Shown here: positions 15,001 through 30,000 of the stretch, piece by piece
How positions within the stretch are numbered: position 1 is the stretch's first letter
How the letters are laid out: each line of letters begins with the position of its first letter
Assembly: GCA_044892505.1 (NCBI GenBank)
Contig: CM097884.1
Span: forward strand, 91,264,001 to 91,328,000
Reading direction: 5' to 3'
DNA length: 64,000 nucleotides
Source: Schmidtea nova
Taxonomy: Eukaryota
Position numbers and translations under genes: made by a program
Notes under the pieces: model-generated
What the model saw: only the letters and a program-made list of their open reading frames with translations
Told to the model about the DNA's origin: nothing
Databases searched by the model: none

Positions 15001-18000
15001 CTGAAACCATGTGCCGTGAAACTCGTCATCAAAGATAAGCAATTGACAGGAATTACAGTGACACCAAAGATTTCCAAGAGTGATGTTAAAAAGTTGAGAC
15101 CTGATTGGAAACATCCAAAACAAGGTGTTGAGTTCAAACGTGGAAAACACACAATTGTTGTCAAGATCGTCAAAGGCACTCACCAAAAGAAACCAAACAG
15201 AATCACAGCAGCCGGTTTGAAAGTAGTCAATGTCAATCCAGGCGACAAATTGAGCAAATACTTCAAGTCAGTTACAATTGTAATTACGAAACAAAAGTTC
15301 ACAAGAGGTGGCAAACGAAAGACTGTCAAGAAAACGATTAAAGTCCCATTGAAAACAATTTTTGACGATTTGAAAAACGTTTTGAGAAAACCACATCATT
15401 ATGTGAAGAAAGTGACAATCAAATTTGAAGTGACGAAAGTTGTTAAAGTGAAATTGGTTGTGAAAGGCTGTGTTGACAAAGTACCGACGCCGCCAACATT
15501 GCGTCCAACAACTAAATCTACTCCAACTAGACCAGGAGCTACAACAACTACAACTAGACGAACAACGACTCTGAAACCATGTGCCGTGAAACTCGTCATC
15601 AAAGATAAGCAATTGACAGGAATTACAGTGACACCAAAGATTTCCAAGAGTGATGTTAAAAAGTTGAGACCTGATTGGAAACATCCAAAACAAGGTGTTG
15701 AGTTCAAACGTGGAAAACACACAATTGTTGTCAAGATCGTCAAAGGCACTCACCAAAAGAAACCAAACAGAATCACAGCAGCCGGTTTGAAAGTAGTCAA
15801 TGTCAATCCAGGCGACAAATTGAGCAAATACTTCAAGTCAGTTACAATTGTAATTACGAAACAAAAGTTCACAAGAGGTGGCAAACGAAAGACTGTCAAG
15901 AAAACGATTAAAGTCCCATTGAAAACAATTGTTGACGATTTGAGAAATGTGTTGAGAAAACCACATCATTATGTGAAGAAAGTGACATTCAAATTTGAAG
16001 TGACGAAAGTTGTTAAAGTGAAATTGGTTGTGAAAGGCTGTGTTGACAAAGTACCGACGCCACCAACATTGCGTCCAACAACTAAATCTACTCCAACTAG
16101 ACCAGGAGCTACAACAACTACAACTAGACGAACAACGACTCTGAAACCATGTGCCGTGAAACTCGTCATCAAAGATAAGCAATTGACAGGAATTACAGTG
16201 ACACCAAAGATTTCCAAGAGTGATGTTAAAAAGTTGAGACCTGATTGGAAACATCCAAAACAAGGTGTTGAGTTCAAACGTGGAAAACACACAATTGTTG
16301 TCAAGATCGTCAAAGGCACTCACCAAAAGAAACCAAACAGAATCACAGCAGCCGGTTTGAAAGTAGTCAATGTCAATCCAGGCGACAAATTGAGCAAATA
16401 CTTCAAGTCAGTTACAATTGTAATTACGAAACAAAAGTTCACAAGAGGTGGCAAACGAAAGACTGTCAAGAAAACGATTAAAGTCCCATTGAAAACAATT
16501 GTTGACGATTTGAAAAACGTTTTGAGAAAACCACATCATTATGTGAAGAAAGTGACAATCAAATTTGAAGTGACGAAAGTTGTTAAAGTGAAATTGGTTG
16601 TGAAAGGCTGTGTTGACAAAGTACCGACGCCACCAACATTGCGTCCAACAACTAAATCTACTCCAACTAGACCAGGAGCTACAACAACTACAACTAGACG
16701 AACAACGACTCTGAAACCATGTGCCGTGAAACTCGTCATCAAAGATAAGCAATTGACAGGAATTACAGTGACACCAAAGATTTCCAAGAGTGATGTTAAA
16801 AAGTTGAGACCTGATTGGAAACATCCAAAACAAGGTGTTGAGTTCAAACGTGGAAAACACACAATTGTTGTCAAGATCGTCAAAGGCACTCACCAAAAGA
16901 AACCAAACAGAATCACAGCAGCCGGTTTGAAAGTAGTCAATGTCAATCCAGGCGACAAATTGAGCAAATACTTCAAGTCAGTTACAATTGTAATTACGAA
17001 ACAAAAGTTCACAAGAGGTGGCAAACGAAAGACTGTCAAGAAAACGATTAAAGTCCCATTGAAAACAATTGTTGACGATTTGAAAAACGTTTTGAGAAAA
17101 CCACATCATTATGTGAAGAAAGTGACAATCAAATTTGAAGTGACGAAAGTTGTTAAAGTGAAATTGGTTGTGAAAGGCTGTGTTGACAAAGTACCGACGC
17201 CGCCAACATTGCGTCCAACAACTAAATCTACTCCAACTAGACCAGGAGCTACAACAACTACAACTAGACGAACAACGACTCTGAAACCATGTGCCGTGAA
17301 ACTCGTCATCAAAGATAAGCAATTGACAGGAATTACAGTGACACCAAAGATTTCCAAGAGTGATGTTAAAAAGTTGAGACCTGATTGGAAACATCCAAAA
17401 CAAGGTGTTGAGTTCAAACGTGGAAAACACACAATTGTTGTCAAGATCGTCAAAGGCACTCACCAAAAGAAACCAAACAGAATCACAGCAGCCGGTTTGA
17501 AAGTAGTCAATGTCAATCCAGGCGACAAATTGAGCAAATACTTCAAGTCAGTTACAATTGTAATTACGAAACAAAAGTTCACAAGAGGTGGCAAACGAAA
17601 GACTGTCAAGAAAACGATTAAAGTCCCATTGAAAACAATTGTTGACGATTTGAAAAACGTTTTGAGAAAACCACATCATTATGTGAAGAAAGTGACAATC
17701 AAATTTGAAGTGACGAAAGTTGTTAAAGTGAAATTGGTTGTGAAAGGCTGTGTTGACAAAGTACCGACGCCACCAACATTGCGTCCAACAACTAAATCTA
17801 CTCCAACTAGACCAGGAGCTACAACAACTACAACTAGACGAACAACGACTCTGAAACCATGTGCCGTGAAACTCGTCATCAAAGATAAGCAATTGACAGG
17901 AATTACAGTGACACCAAAGATTTCCAAGAGTGATGTTAAAAAGTTGAGACCTGATTGGAAACATCCAAAACAAGGTGTTGAGTTCAAACGTGGAAAACAC

Positions 18001-21000
18001 ACAATTGTTGTCAAGATCGTCAAAGGCACTCACCAAAAGAAACCAAACAGAATCACAGCAGCCGGTTTGAAAGTAGTCAATGTCAATCCAGGCGACAAAT
18101 TGAGCAAATACTTCAAGTCAGTTACAATTGTAATTACGAAACAAAAGTTCACAAGAGGTGGCAAACGAAAGACTGTCAAGAAAACGATTAAAGTCCCATT
18201 GAAAACAATTGTTGACGATTTGAGAAATGTGTTGAGAAAACCACATCATTATGTGAAGAAAGTGACAATCAAATTTGAAGTGACGAAAGTTGTTAAAGTG
18301 AAATTGGTTGTGAAAGGCTGTGTTGACAAAGTACCGACGCCACCAACATTGCGTCCAACAACTAAATCTACTCCAACTAGACCAGGAGCTACAACAACTA
18401 CAACTAGACGAACAACGACTCTGAAACCATGTGCCGTGAAACTCGTCATCAAAGATAAGCAATTGACAGGAATTACAGTGACACCAAAGATTTCCAAGAG
18501 TGATGTTAAAAAGTTGAGACCTGATTGGAAACATCCAAAACAAGGTGTTGAGTTCAAACGTGGAAAACACACAATTGTTGTCAAGATCGTCAAAGGCACT
18601 CACCAAAAGAAACCAAACAGAATCACAGCAGCCGGTTTGAAAGTAGTCAATGTCAATCCAGGCGACAAATTGAGCAAATACTTCAAGTCAGTTACAATTG
18701 TAATTACGAAACAAAAGTTCACAAGAGGTGGCAAACGAAAGACTGTCAAGAAAACGATTAAAGTCCCATTGAAAACAATTGTTGACGATTTGAGAAATGT
18801 GTTGAGAAAACCACATCATTATGTGAAGAAAGTGACAATCAAATTTGAAGTGACGAAAGTTGTTAAAGTGAAATTGGTTGTGAAAGGCTGTGTTGACAAA
18901 GTACCGACGCCGCCAACATTGCGTCCAACAACTAAATCTACTCCAACTAGACCAGGAGCTACAACAACTACAACTAGACGAACAACGACTCTGAAACCAT
19001 GTGCCGTGAAACTCGTCATCAAAGATAAGCAATTGACAGGAATTACAGTGACACCAAAGATTTCCAAGAGTGATGTTAAAAAGTTGAGACCTGATTGGAA
19101 ACATCCAAAACAAGGTGTTGAGTTCAAACGTGGAAAACACACAATTGTTGTCAAGATCGTCAAAGGCACTCACCAAAAGAAACCAAACAGAATCACAGCA
19201 GCCGGTTTGAAAGTAGTCAATGTCAATCCAGGCGACAAATTGAGCAAATACTTCAAGTCAGTTACAATTGTAATTACGAAACAAAAGTTCACAAGAGGTG
19301 GCAAACGAAAGACTGTCAAGAAAACGATTAAAGTCCCATTGAAAACAATTGTTGACGATTTGAAAAACGTTTTGAGAAAACCACATCATTATGTGAAGAA
19401 AGTGACAATCAAATTTGAAGTGACGAAAGTTGTTAAAGTGAAATTGGTTGTGAAAGGCTGTGTTGACAAAGTACCGACGCCACCAACATTGCGTCCAACA
19501 ACTAAATCTACTCCAACTAGACCAGGAGCTACAACAACTACAACTAGACGAACAACGACTCTGAAACCATGTGCCGTGAAACTCGTCATCAAAGATAAGC
19601 AATTGACAGGAATTACAGTGACACCAAAGATTTCCAAGAGTGATGTTAAAAAGTTGAGACCTGATTGGAAACATCCAAAACAAGGTGTTGAGTTCAAACG
19701 TGGAAAACACACAATTGTTGTCAAGATCGTCAAAGGCACTCACCAAAAGAAACCAAACAGAATCACAGCAGCCGGTTTGAAAGTAGTCAATGTCAATCCA
19801 GGCGACAAATTGAGCAAATACTTCAAGTCAGTTACAATTGTAATTACGAAACAAAAGTTCACAAGAGGTGGCAAACGAAAGACTGTCAAGAAAACGATTA
19901 AAGTCCCATTGAAAACAATTGTTGACGATTTGAGAAATGTGTTGAGAAAACCACATCATTATGTGAAGAAAGTGACATTCAAATTTGAAGTGACGAAAGT
20001 TGTTAAAGTGAAATTGGTTGTGAAAGGCTGTGTTGACAAAGTACCGACGCCACCAACATTGCGTCCAACAACTAAATCTACTCCAACTAGACCAGGAGCT
20101 ACAACAACTACAACTAGACGAACAACGACTCTGAAACCATGTGCCGTGAAACTCGTCATCAAAGATAAGCAATTGACAGGAATTACAGTGACACCAAAGA
20201 TTTCCAAGAGTGATGTTAAAAAGTTGAGACCTGATTGGAAACATCCAAAACAAGGTGTTGAGTTCAAACGTGGAAAACACACAATTGTTGTCAAGATCGT
20301 CAAAGGCACTCACCAAAAGAAACCAAACAGAATCACAGCAGCCGGTTTGAAAGTAGTCAATGTCAATCCAGGCGACAAATTGAGCAAATACTTCAAGTCA
20401 GTTACAATTGTAATTACGAAACAAAAGTTCACAAGAGGTGGCAAACGAAAGACTGTCAAGAAAACGATTAAAGTCCCATTGAAAACAATTGTTGACGATT
20501 TGAAAAACGTTTTGAGAAAACCACATCATTATGTGAAGAAAGTGACAATCAAATTTGAAGTGACGAAAGTTGTTAAAGTGAAATTGGTTGTGAAAGGCTG
20601 TGTTGACAAAGTACCGACGCCACCAACATTGCGTCCAACAACTAAATCTACTCCAACTAGACCAGGAGCTACAACAACTACAACTAGACGAACAACGACT
20701 CTGAAACCATGTGCCGTGAAACTCGTCATCAAAGATAAGCAATTGACAGGAATTACAGTGACACCAAAGATTTCCAAGAGTGATGTTAAAAAGTTGAGAC
20801 CTGATTGGAAACATCCAAAACAAGGTGTTGAGTTCAAACGTGGAAAACACACAATTGTTGTCAAGATCGTCAAAGGCACTCACCAAAAGAAACCAAACAG
20901 AATCACAGCAGCCGGTTTGAAAGTAGTCAATGTCAATCCAGGCGACAAATTGAGCAAATACTTCAAGTCAGTTACAATTGTAATTACGAAACAAAAGTTC

Positions 21001-24000
21001 ACAAGAGGTGGCAAACGAAAGACTGTCAAGAAAACGATTAAAGTCCCATTGAAAACAATTGTTGACGATTTGAAAAACGTTTTGAGAAAACCACATCATT
21101 ATGTGAAGAAAGTGACAATCAAATTTGAAGTGACGAAAGTTGTTAAAGTGAAATTGGTTGTGAAAGGCTGTGTTGACAAAGTACCGACGCCACCAACATT
21201 GCGTCCAACAACTAAATCTACTCCAACTAGACCAGGAGCTACAACAACTACAACTAGACGAACAACGACTCTGAAACCATGTGCCGTGAAACTCGTCATC
21301 AAAGATAAGCAATTGACAGGAATTACAGTGACACCAAAGATTTCCAAGAGTGATGTTAAAAAGTTGAGACCTGATTGGAAACATCCAAAACAAGGTGTTG
21401 AGTTCAAACGTGGAAAACACACAATTGTTGTCAAGATCGTCAAAGGCACTCACCAAAAGAAACCAAACAGAATCACAGCAGCCGGTTTGAAAGTAGTCAA
21501 TGTCAATCCAGGCGACAAATTGAGCAAATACTTCAAGTCAGTTACAATTGTAATTACGAAACAAAAGTTCACAAGAGGTGGCAAACGAAAGACTGTCAAG
21601 AAAACGATTAAAGTCCCATTGAAAACAATTGTTGACGATTTGAAAAACGTTTTGAGAAAACCACATCATTATGTGAAGAAAGTGACAATCAAATTTGAAG
21701 TGACGAAAGTTGTTAAAGTGAAATTGGTTGTGAAAGGCTGTGTTGACAAAGTACCGACGCCACCAACATTGCGTCCAACAACTAAATCTACTCCAACTAG
21801 ACCAGGAGCTACAACAACTACAACTAGACGAACAACGACTCTGAAACCATGTGCCGTGAAACTCGTCATCAAAGATAAGCAATTGACAGGAATTACAGTG
21901 ACACCAAAGATTTCCAAGAGTGATGTTAAAAAGTTGAGACCTGATTGGAAACATCCAAAACAAGGTGTTGAGTTCAAACGTGGAAAACACACAATTGTTG
22001 TCAAGATCGTCAAAGGCACTCACCAAAAGAAACCAAACAGAATCACAGCAGCCGGTTTGAAAGTAGTCAATGTCAATCCAGGCGACAAATTGAGCAAATA
22101 CTTCAAGTCAGTTACAATTGTAATTACGAAACAAAAGTTCACAAGAGGTGGCAAACGAAAGACTGTCAAGAAAACGATTAAAGTCCCATTGAAAACAATT
22201 GTTGACGATTTGAAAAACGTTTTGAGAAAACCACATCATTATGTGAAGAAAGTGACAATCAAATTTGAAGTGACGAAAGTTGTTAAAGTGAAATTGGTTG
22301 TGAAAGGCTGTGTTGACAAAGTACCGACGCCACCAACATTGCGTCCAACAACTAAATCTACTCCAACTAGACCAGGAGCTACAACAACTACAACTAGACG
22401 AACAACGACTCTGAAACCATGTGCCGTGAAACTCGTCATCAAAGATAAGCAATTGACAGGAATTACAGTGACACCAAAGATTTCCAAGAGTGATGTTAAA
22501 AAGTTGAGACCTGATTGGAAACATCCAAAACAAGGTGTTGAGTTCAAACGTGGAAAACACACAATTGTTGTCAAGATCGTCAAAGGCACTCACCAAAAGA
22601 AACCAAACAGAATCACAGCAGCCGGTTTGAAAGTAGTCAATGTCAATCCAGGCGACAAATTGAGCAAATACTTCAAGTCAGTTACAATTGTAATTACGAA
22701 ACAAAAGTTCACAAGAGGTGGCAAACGAAAGACTGTCAAGAAAACGATTAAAGTCCCATTGAAAACAATTGTTGACGATTTGAAAAACGTTTTGAGAAAA
22801 CCACATCATTATGTGAAGAAAGTGACAATCAAATTTGAAGTGACGAAAGTTGTTAAAGTGAAATTGGTTGTGAAAGGCTGTGTTGACAAAGTACCGACGC
22901 CACCAACATTGCGTCCAACAACTAAATCTACTCCAACTAGACCAGGAGCTACAACAACTACAACTAGACGAACAACGACTCTGAAACCATGTGCCGTGAA
23001 ACTCGTCATCAAAGATAAGCAATTGACAGGAATTACAGTGACACCAAAGATTTCCAAGAGTGATGTTAAAAAGTTGAGACCTGATTGGAAACATCCAAAA
23101 CAAGGTGTTGAGTTCAAACGTGGAAAACACACAATTGTTGTCAAGATCGTCAAAGGCACTCACCAAAAGAAACCAAACAGAATCACAGCAGCCGGTTTGA
23201 AAGTAGTCAATGTCAATCCAGGCGACAAATTGAGCAAATACTTCAAGTCAGTTACAATTGTAATTACGAAACAAAAGTTCACAAGAGGTGGCAAACGAAA
23301 GACTGTCAAGAAAACGATTAAAGTCCCATTGAAAACAATTGTTGACGATTTGAAAAACGTTTTGAGAAAACCACATCATTATGTGAAGAAAGTGACAATC
23401 AAATTTGAAGTGACGAAAGTTGTTAAAGTGAAATTGGTTGTGAAAGGCTGTGTTGACAAAGTACCGACGCCACCAACATTGCGTCCAACAACTAAATCTA
23501 CTCCAACTAGACCAGGAGCTACAACAACTACAACTAGACGAACAACGACTCTGAAACCATGTGCCGTGAAACTCGTCATCAAAGATAAGCAATTGACAGG
23601 AATTACAGTGACACCAAAGATTTCCAAGAGTGATGTTAAAAAGTTGAGACCTGATTGGAAACATCCAAAACAAGGTGTTGAGTTCAAACGTGGAAAACAC
23701 ACAATTGTTGTCAAGATCGTCAAAGGCACTCACCAAAAGAAACCAAACAGAATCACAGCAGCCGGTTTGAAAGTAGTCAATGTCAATCCAGGCGACAAAT
23801 TGAGCAAATACTTCAAGTCAGTTACAATTGTAATTACGAAACAAAAGTTCACAAGAGGTGGCAAACGAAAGACTGTCAAGAAAACGATTAAAGTCCCATT
23901 GAAAACAATTGTTGACGATTTGAAAAACGTTTTGAGAAAACCACATCATTATGTGAAGAAAGTGACAATCAAATTTGAAGTGACGAAAGTTGTTAAAGTG

Positions 24001-27000
24001 AAATTGGTTGTGAAAGGCTGTGTGGACAAAGTACCGACGCCACCAACATTGCGTCCAACAACTAAATCTACTCCAACTAGACCAGGAGCTACAACAACTA
24101 CAACTAGACGAACAACGACTCTGAAACCATGTGCCGTGAAACTCGTCATCAAAGATAAGCAATTGACAGGAATTACAGTGACACCAAAGATTTCCAAGAG
24201 TGATGTTAAAAAGTTGAGACCTGATTGGAAACATCCAAAACAAGGTGTTGAGTTCAAACGTGGAAAACACACAATTGTTGTCAAGATCGTCAAAGGCACT
24301 CACCAAAAGAAACCAAACAGAATCACAGCAGCCGGTTTGAAAGTAGTCAATGTCAATCCAGGCGACAAATTGAGCAAATACTTCAAGTCAGTTACAATTG
24401 TAATTACGAAACAAAAGTTCACAAGAGGTGGCAAACGAAAGACTGTCAAGAAAACGATTAAAGTCCCATTGAAAACAATTGTTGACGATTTGAAAAACGT
24501 TTTGAGAAAACCACATCATTATGTGAAGAAAGTGACAATCAAATTTGAAGTGACGAAAGTTGTTAAAGTGAAATTGGTTGTGAAAGGCTGTGTTGACAAA
24601 GTACCGACGCCACCAACATTGCGTCCAACAACTAAATCTACTCCAACTAGACCAGGAGCTACAACAACTACAACTAGACGAACAACGACTCTGAAACCAT
24701 GTGCCGTGAAACTCGTCATCAAAGATAAGCAATTGACAGGAATTACAGTGACACCAAAGATTTCCAAGAGTGATGTTAAAAAGTTGAGACCTGATTGGAA
24801 ACATCCAAAACAAGGTGTTGAGTTCAAACGTGGAAAACACACAATTGTTGTCAAGATCGTCAAAGGCACTCACCAAAAGAAACCAAACAGAATCACAGCA
24901 GCCGGTTTGAAAGTAGTCAATGTCAATCCAGGCGACAAATTGAGCAAATACTTCAAGTCAGTTACAATTGTAATTACGAAACAAAAGTTCACAAGAGGTG
25001 GCAAACGAAAGACTGTCAAGAAAACGATTAAAGTCCCATTGAAAACAATTGTTGACGATTTGAAAAACGTTTTGAGAAAACCACATCATTATGTGAAGAA
25101 AGTGACAATCAAATTTGAAGTGACGAAAGTTGTTAAAGTGAAATTGGTTGTGAAAGGCTGTGTTGACAAAGTACCGACGCCACCAACATTGCGTCCAACA
25201 ACTAAATCTACTCCAACTAGACCAGGAGCTACAACAACTACAACTAGACGAACAACGACTCTGAAACCATGTGCCGTGAAACTCGTCATCAAAGATAAGC
25301 AATTGACAGGAATTACAGTGACACCAAAGATTTCCAAGAGTGATGTTAAAAAGTTGAGACCTGATTGGAAACATCCAAAACAAGGTGTTGAGTTCAAACG
25401 TGGAAAACACACAATTGTTGTCAAGATCGTCAAAGGCACTCACCAAAAGAAACCAAACAGAATCACAGCAGCCGGTTTGAAAGTAGTCAATGTCAATCCA
25501 GGCGACAAATTGAGCAAATACTTCAAGTCAGTTACAATTGTAATTACGAAACAAAAGTTCACAAGAGGTGGCAAACGAAAGACTGTCAAGAAAACGATTA
25601 AAGTCCCATTGAAAACAATTGTTGACGATTTGAAAAACGTTTTGAGAAAACCACATCATTATGTGAAGAAAGTGACAATCAAATTTGAAGTGACGAAAGT
25701 TGTTAAAGTGAAATTGGTTGTGAAAGGCTGTGTTGACAAAGTACCGACGCCACCAACATTGCGTCCAACAACTAAATCTACTCCAACTAGACCAGGAGCT
25801 ACAACAACTACAACTAGACGAACAACGACTCTGAAACCATGTGCCGTGAAACTCGTCATCAAAGATAAGCAATTGACAGGAATTACAGTGACACCAAAGA
25901 TTTCCAAGAGTGATGTTAAAAAGTTGAGACCTGATTGGAAACATCCAAAACAAGGTGTTGAGTTCAAACGTGGAAAACACACAATTGTTGTCAAGATCGT
26001 CAAAGGCACTCACCAAAAGAAACCAAACAGAATCACAGCAGCCGGTTTGAAAGTAGTCAATGTCAATCCAGGCGACAAATTGAGCAAATACTTCAAGTCA
26101 GTTACAATTGTAATTACGAAACAAAAGTTCACAAGAGGTGGCAAACGAAAGACTGTCAAGAAAACGATTAAAGTCCCATTGAAAACAATTGTTGACGATT
26201 TGAAAAATGTTTTGAGAAAACCACATCATTATGTGAAGAAAGTGACAATCAAATTTGAAGTGACGAAAGTTGTTAAAGTGAAATTGGTTGTGAAAGGCTG
26301 TGTTGACAAAGTACCGACGCCACCAACATTGCGTCCAACAACTAAATCTACTCCAACTAGACCAGGAGCTACAACAACTACAACTAGACGAACAACGACT
26401 CTGAAACCATGTGCCGTGAAACTCGTCATCAAAGATAAGCAATTGACAGGAATTACAGTGACACCAAAGATTTCCAAGAGTGATGTTAAAAAGTTGAGAC
26501 CTGATTGGAAACATCCAAAACAAGGTGTTGAGTTCAAACGTGGAAAACACACAATTGTTGTCAAGATCGTCAAAGGCACTCACCAAAAGAAACCAAACAG
26601 AATCACAGCAGCCGGTTTGAAAGTAGTCAATGTCAATCCAGGCGACAAATTGAGCAAATACTTCAAGTCAGTTACAATTGTAATTACGAAACAAAAGTTC
26701 ACAAGAGGTGGCAAACGAAAGACTGTCAAGAAAACGATTAAAGTCCCATTGAAAACAATTGTTGACGATTTGAAAAACGTTTTGAGAAAACCACATCATT
26801 ATGTGAAGAAAGTGACAATCAAATTTGAAGTGACGAAAGTTGTTAAAGTGAAATTGGTTGTGAAAGGCTGTGTTGACAAAGTACCGACGCCACCAACATT
26901 GCGTCCAACAACTAAATCTACTCCAACTAGACCAGGAGCTACAACAACTACAACTAGACGAACAACGACTCTGAAACCATGTGCCGTGAAACTCGTCATC

Positions 27001-30000
27001 AAAGATAAGCAATTGACAGGAATTACAGTGACACCAAAGATTTCCAAGAGTGATGTTAAAAAGTTGAGACCTGATTGGAAACATCCAAAACAAGGTGTTG
27101 AGTTCAAACGTGGAAAACACACAATTGTTGTCAAGATCGTCAAAGGCACTCACCAAAAGAAACCAAACAGAATCACAGCAGCCGGTTTGAAAGTAGTCAA
27201 TGTCAATCCAGGCGACAAATTGAGCAAATACTTCAAGTCAGTTACAATTGTAATTACGAAACAAAAGTTCACAAGAGGTGGCAAACGAAAGACTGTCAAG
27301 AAAACGATTAAAGTCCCATTGAAAACAATTGTTGACGATTTGAAAAACGTTTTGAGAAAACCACATCATTATGTGAAGAAAGTGACAATCAAATTTGAAG
27401 TGACGAAAGTTGTTAAAGTGAAATTGGTTGTGAAAGGCTGTGTGGACAAAGTACCGACGCCACCAACATTGCGTCCAACAACTAAATCTACTCCAACTAG
27501 ACCAGGAGCTACAACAACTACAACTAGACGAACAACGACTCTGAAACCATGTGCCGTGAAACTCGTCATCAAAGATAAGCAATTGACAGGAATTACAGTG
27601 ACACCAAAGATTTCCAAGAGTGATGTTAAAAAGTTGAGACCTGATTGGAAACATCCAAAACAAGGTGTTGAGTTCAAACGTGGAAAACACACAATTGTTG
27701 TCAAGATCGTCAAAGGCACTCACCAAAAGAAACCAAACAGAATCACAGCAGCCGGTTTGAAAGTAGTCAATGTCAATCCAGGCGACAAATTGAGCAAATA
27801 CTTCAAGTCAGTTACAATTGTAATTACGAAACAAAAGTTCACAAGAGGTGGCAAACGAAAGACTGTCAAGAAAACGATTAAAGTCCCATTGAAAACAATT
27901 GTTGACGATTTGAAAAACGTTTTGAGAAAACCACATCATTATGTGAAGAAAGTGACAATCAAATTTGAAGTGACGAAAGTTGTTAAAGTGAAATTGGTTG
28001 TGAAAGGCTGTGTTGACAAAGTACCGACGCCACCAACATTGCGTCCAACAACTAAATCTACTCCAACTAGACCAGGAGCTACAACAACTACAACTAGACG
28101 AACAACGACTCTGAAACCATGTGCCGTGAAACTCGTCATCAAAGATAAGCAATTGACAGGAATTACAGTGACACCAAAGATTTCCAAGAGTGATGTTAAA
28201 AAGTTGAGACCTGATTGGAAACATCCAAAACAAGGTGTTGAGTTCAAACGTGGAAAACACACAATTGTTGTCAAGATCGTCAAAGGCACTCACCAAAAGA
28301 AACCAAACAGAATCACAGCAGCCGGTTTGAAAGTAGTCAATGTCAATCCAGGCGACAAATTGAGCAAATACTTCAAGTCAGTTACAATTGTAATTACGAA
28401 ACAAAAGTTCACAAGAGGTGGCAAACGAAAGACTGTCAAGAAAACGATTAAAGTCCCATTGAAAACAATTGTTGACGATTTGAAAAACGTTTTGAGAAAA
28501 CCACATCATTATGTGAAGAAAGTGACAATCAAATTTGAAGTGACGAAAGTTGTTAAAGTGAAATTGGTTGTGAAAGGCTGTGTTGACAAAGTACCGACGC
28601 CACCAACATTGCGTCCAACAACTAAATCTACTCCAACTAGACCAGGAGCTACAACAACTACAACTAGACGAACAACGACTCTGAAACCATGTGCCGTGAA
28701 ACTCGTCATCAAAGATAAGCAATTGACAGGAATTACAGTGACACCAAAGATTTCCAAGAGTGATGTTAAAAAGTTGAGACCTGATTGGAAACATCCAAAA
28801 CAAGGTGTTGAGTTCAAACGTGGAAAACACACAATTGTTGTCAAGATCGTCAAAGGCACTCACCAAAAGAAACCAAACAGAATCACAGCAGCCGGTTTGA
28901 AAGTAGTCAATGTCAATCCAGGCGACAAATTGAGCAAATACTTCAAGTCAGTTACAATTGTAATTACGAAACAAAAGTTCACAAGAGGTGGCAAACGAAA
29001 GACTGTCAAGAAAACGATTAAAGTCCCATTGAAAACAATTGTTGACGATTTGAAAAACGTTTTGAGAAAACCACATCATTATGTGAAGAAAGTGACAATC
29101 AAATTTGAAGTGACGAAAGTTGTTAAAGTGAAATTGGTTTTGAAAGGCTGTGTTGACAAAGTACCGACGCCACCAACATTGCGTCCAACAACTAAATCTA
29201 CTCCAACTAGACCAGGAGCTACAACAACTACAACTAGACGAACAACGACTCTGAAACGATGTGCCGTGAAACTCGTCATCAAAGATAAGCAATTGACAGG
29301 AATTACAGTGACACCAAAGATTTCCAAGAGTGATGTTAAAAAGTTGAGACCTGATTGGAAACATCCAAAACAAGGTGTTGAGTTCAAACGTGGAAAACAC
29401 ACAATTGTTGTCAAGATCGTCAAAGGCACTCACCAAAAGAAACCAAACAGAATCACAGCAGCCGGTTTGAAAGTAGTCAATGTCAATCCAGGCGACAAAT
29501 TGAGCAAATACTTCAAGTCAGTTACAATTGTAATTACGAAACAAAAGTTCACAAGAGGTGGCAAACGAAAGACTGTCAAGAAAACGATTAAAGTCCCATT
29601 GAAAACAATTGTTGACGATTTGAAAAACGTTTTGAGAAAACCACATCATTATGTGAAGAAAGTGACAATCAAATTTGAAGTGACGAAAGTTGTTAAAGTG
29701 AAATTGGTTGTGAAAGGCTGTGTTGACAAAGTACCGACGCCACCAACATTGCGTCCAACAACTAAATCTACTCCAACTAGACCAGGAGCTACAACAACTA
29801 CAACTAGACGAACAACGACTCTGAAACCATGTGCCGTGAAACTCGTCATCAAAGATAAGCAATTGACAGGAATTACAGTGACACCAAAGATTTCCAAGAG
29901 TGATGTTAAAAAGTTGAGACCTGATTGGAAACATCCAAAACAAGGTGTTGAGTTCAAACGTGGAAAACACACAATTGTTGTCAAGATCGTCAAAGGCACT

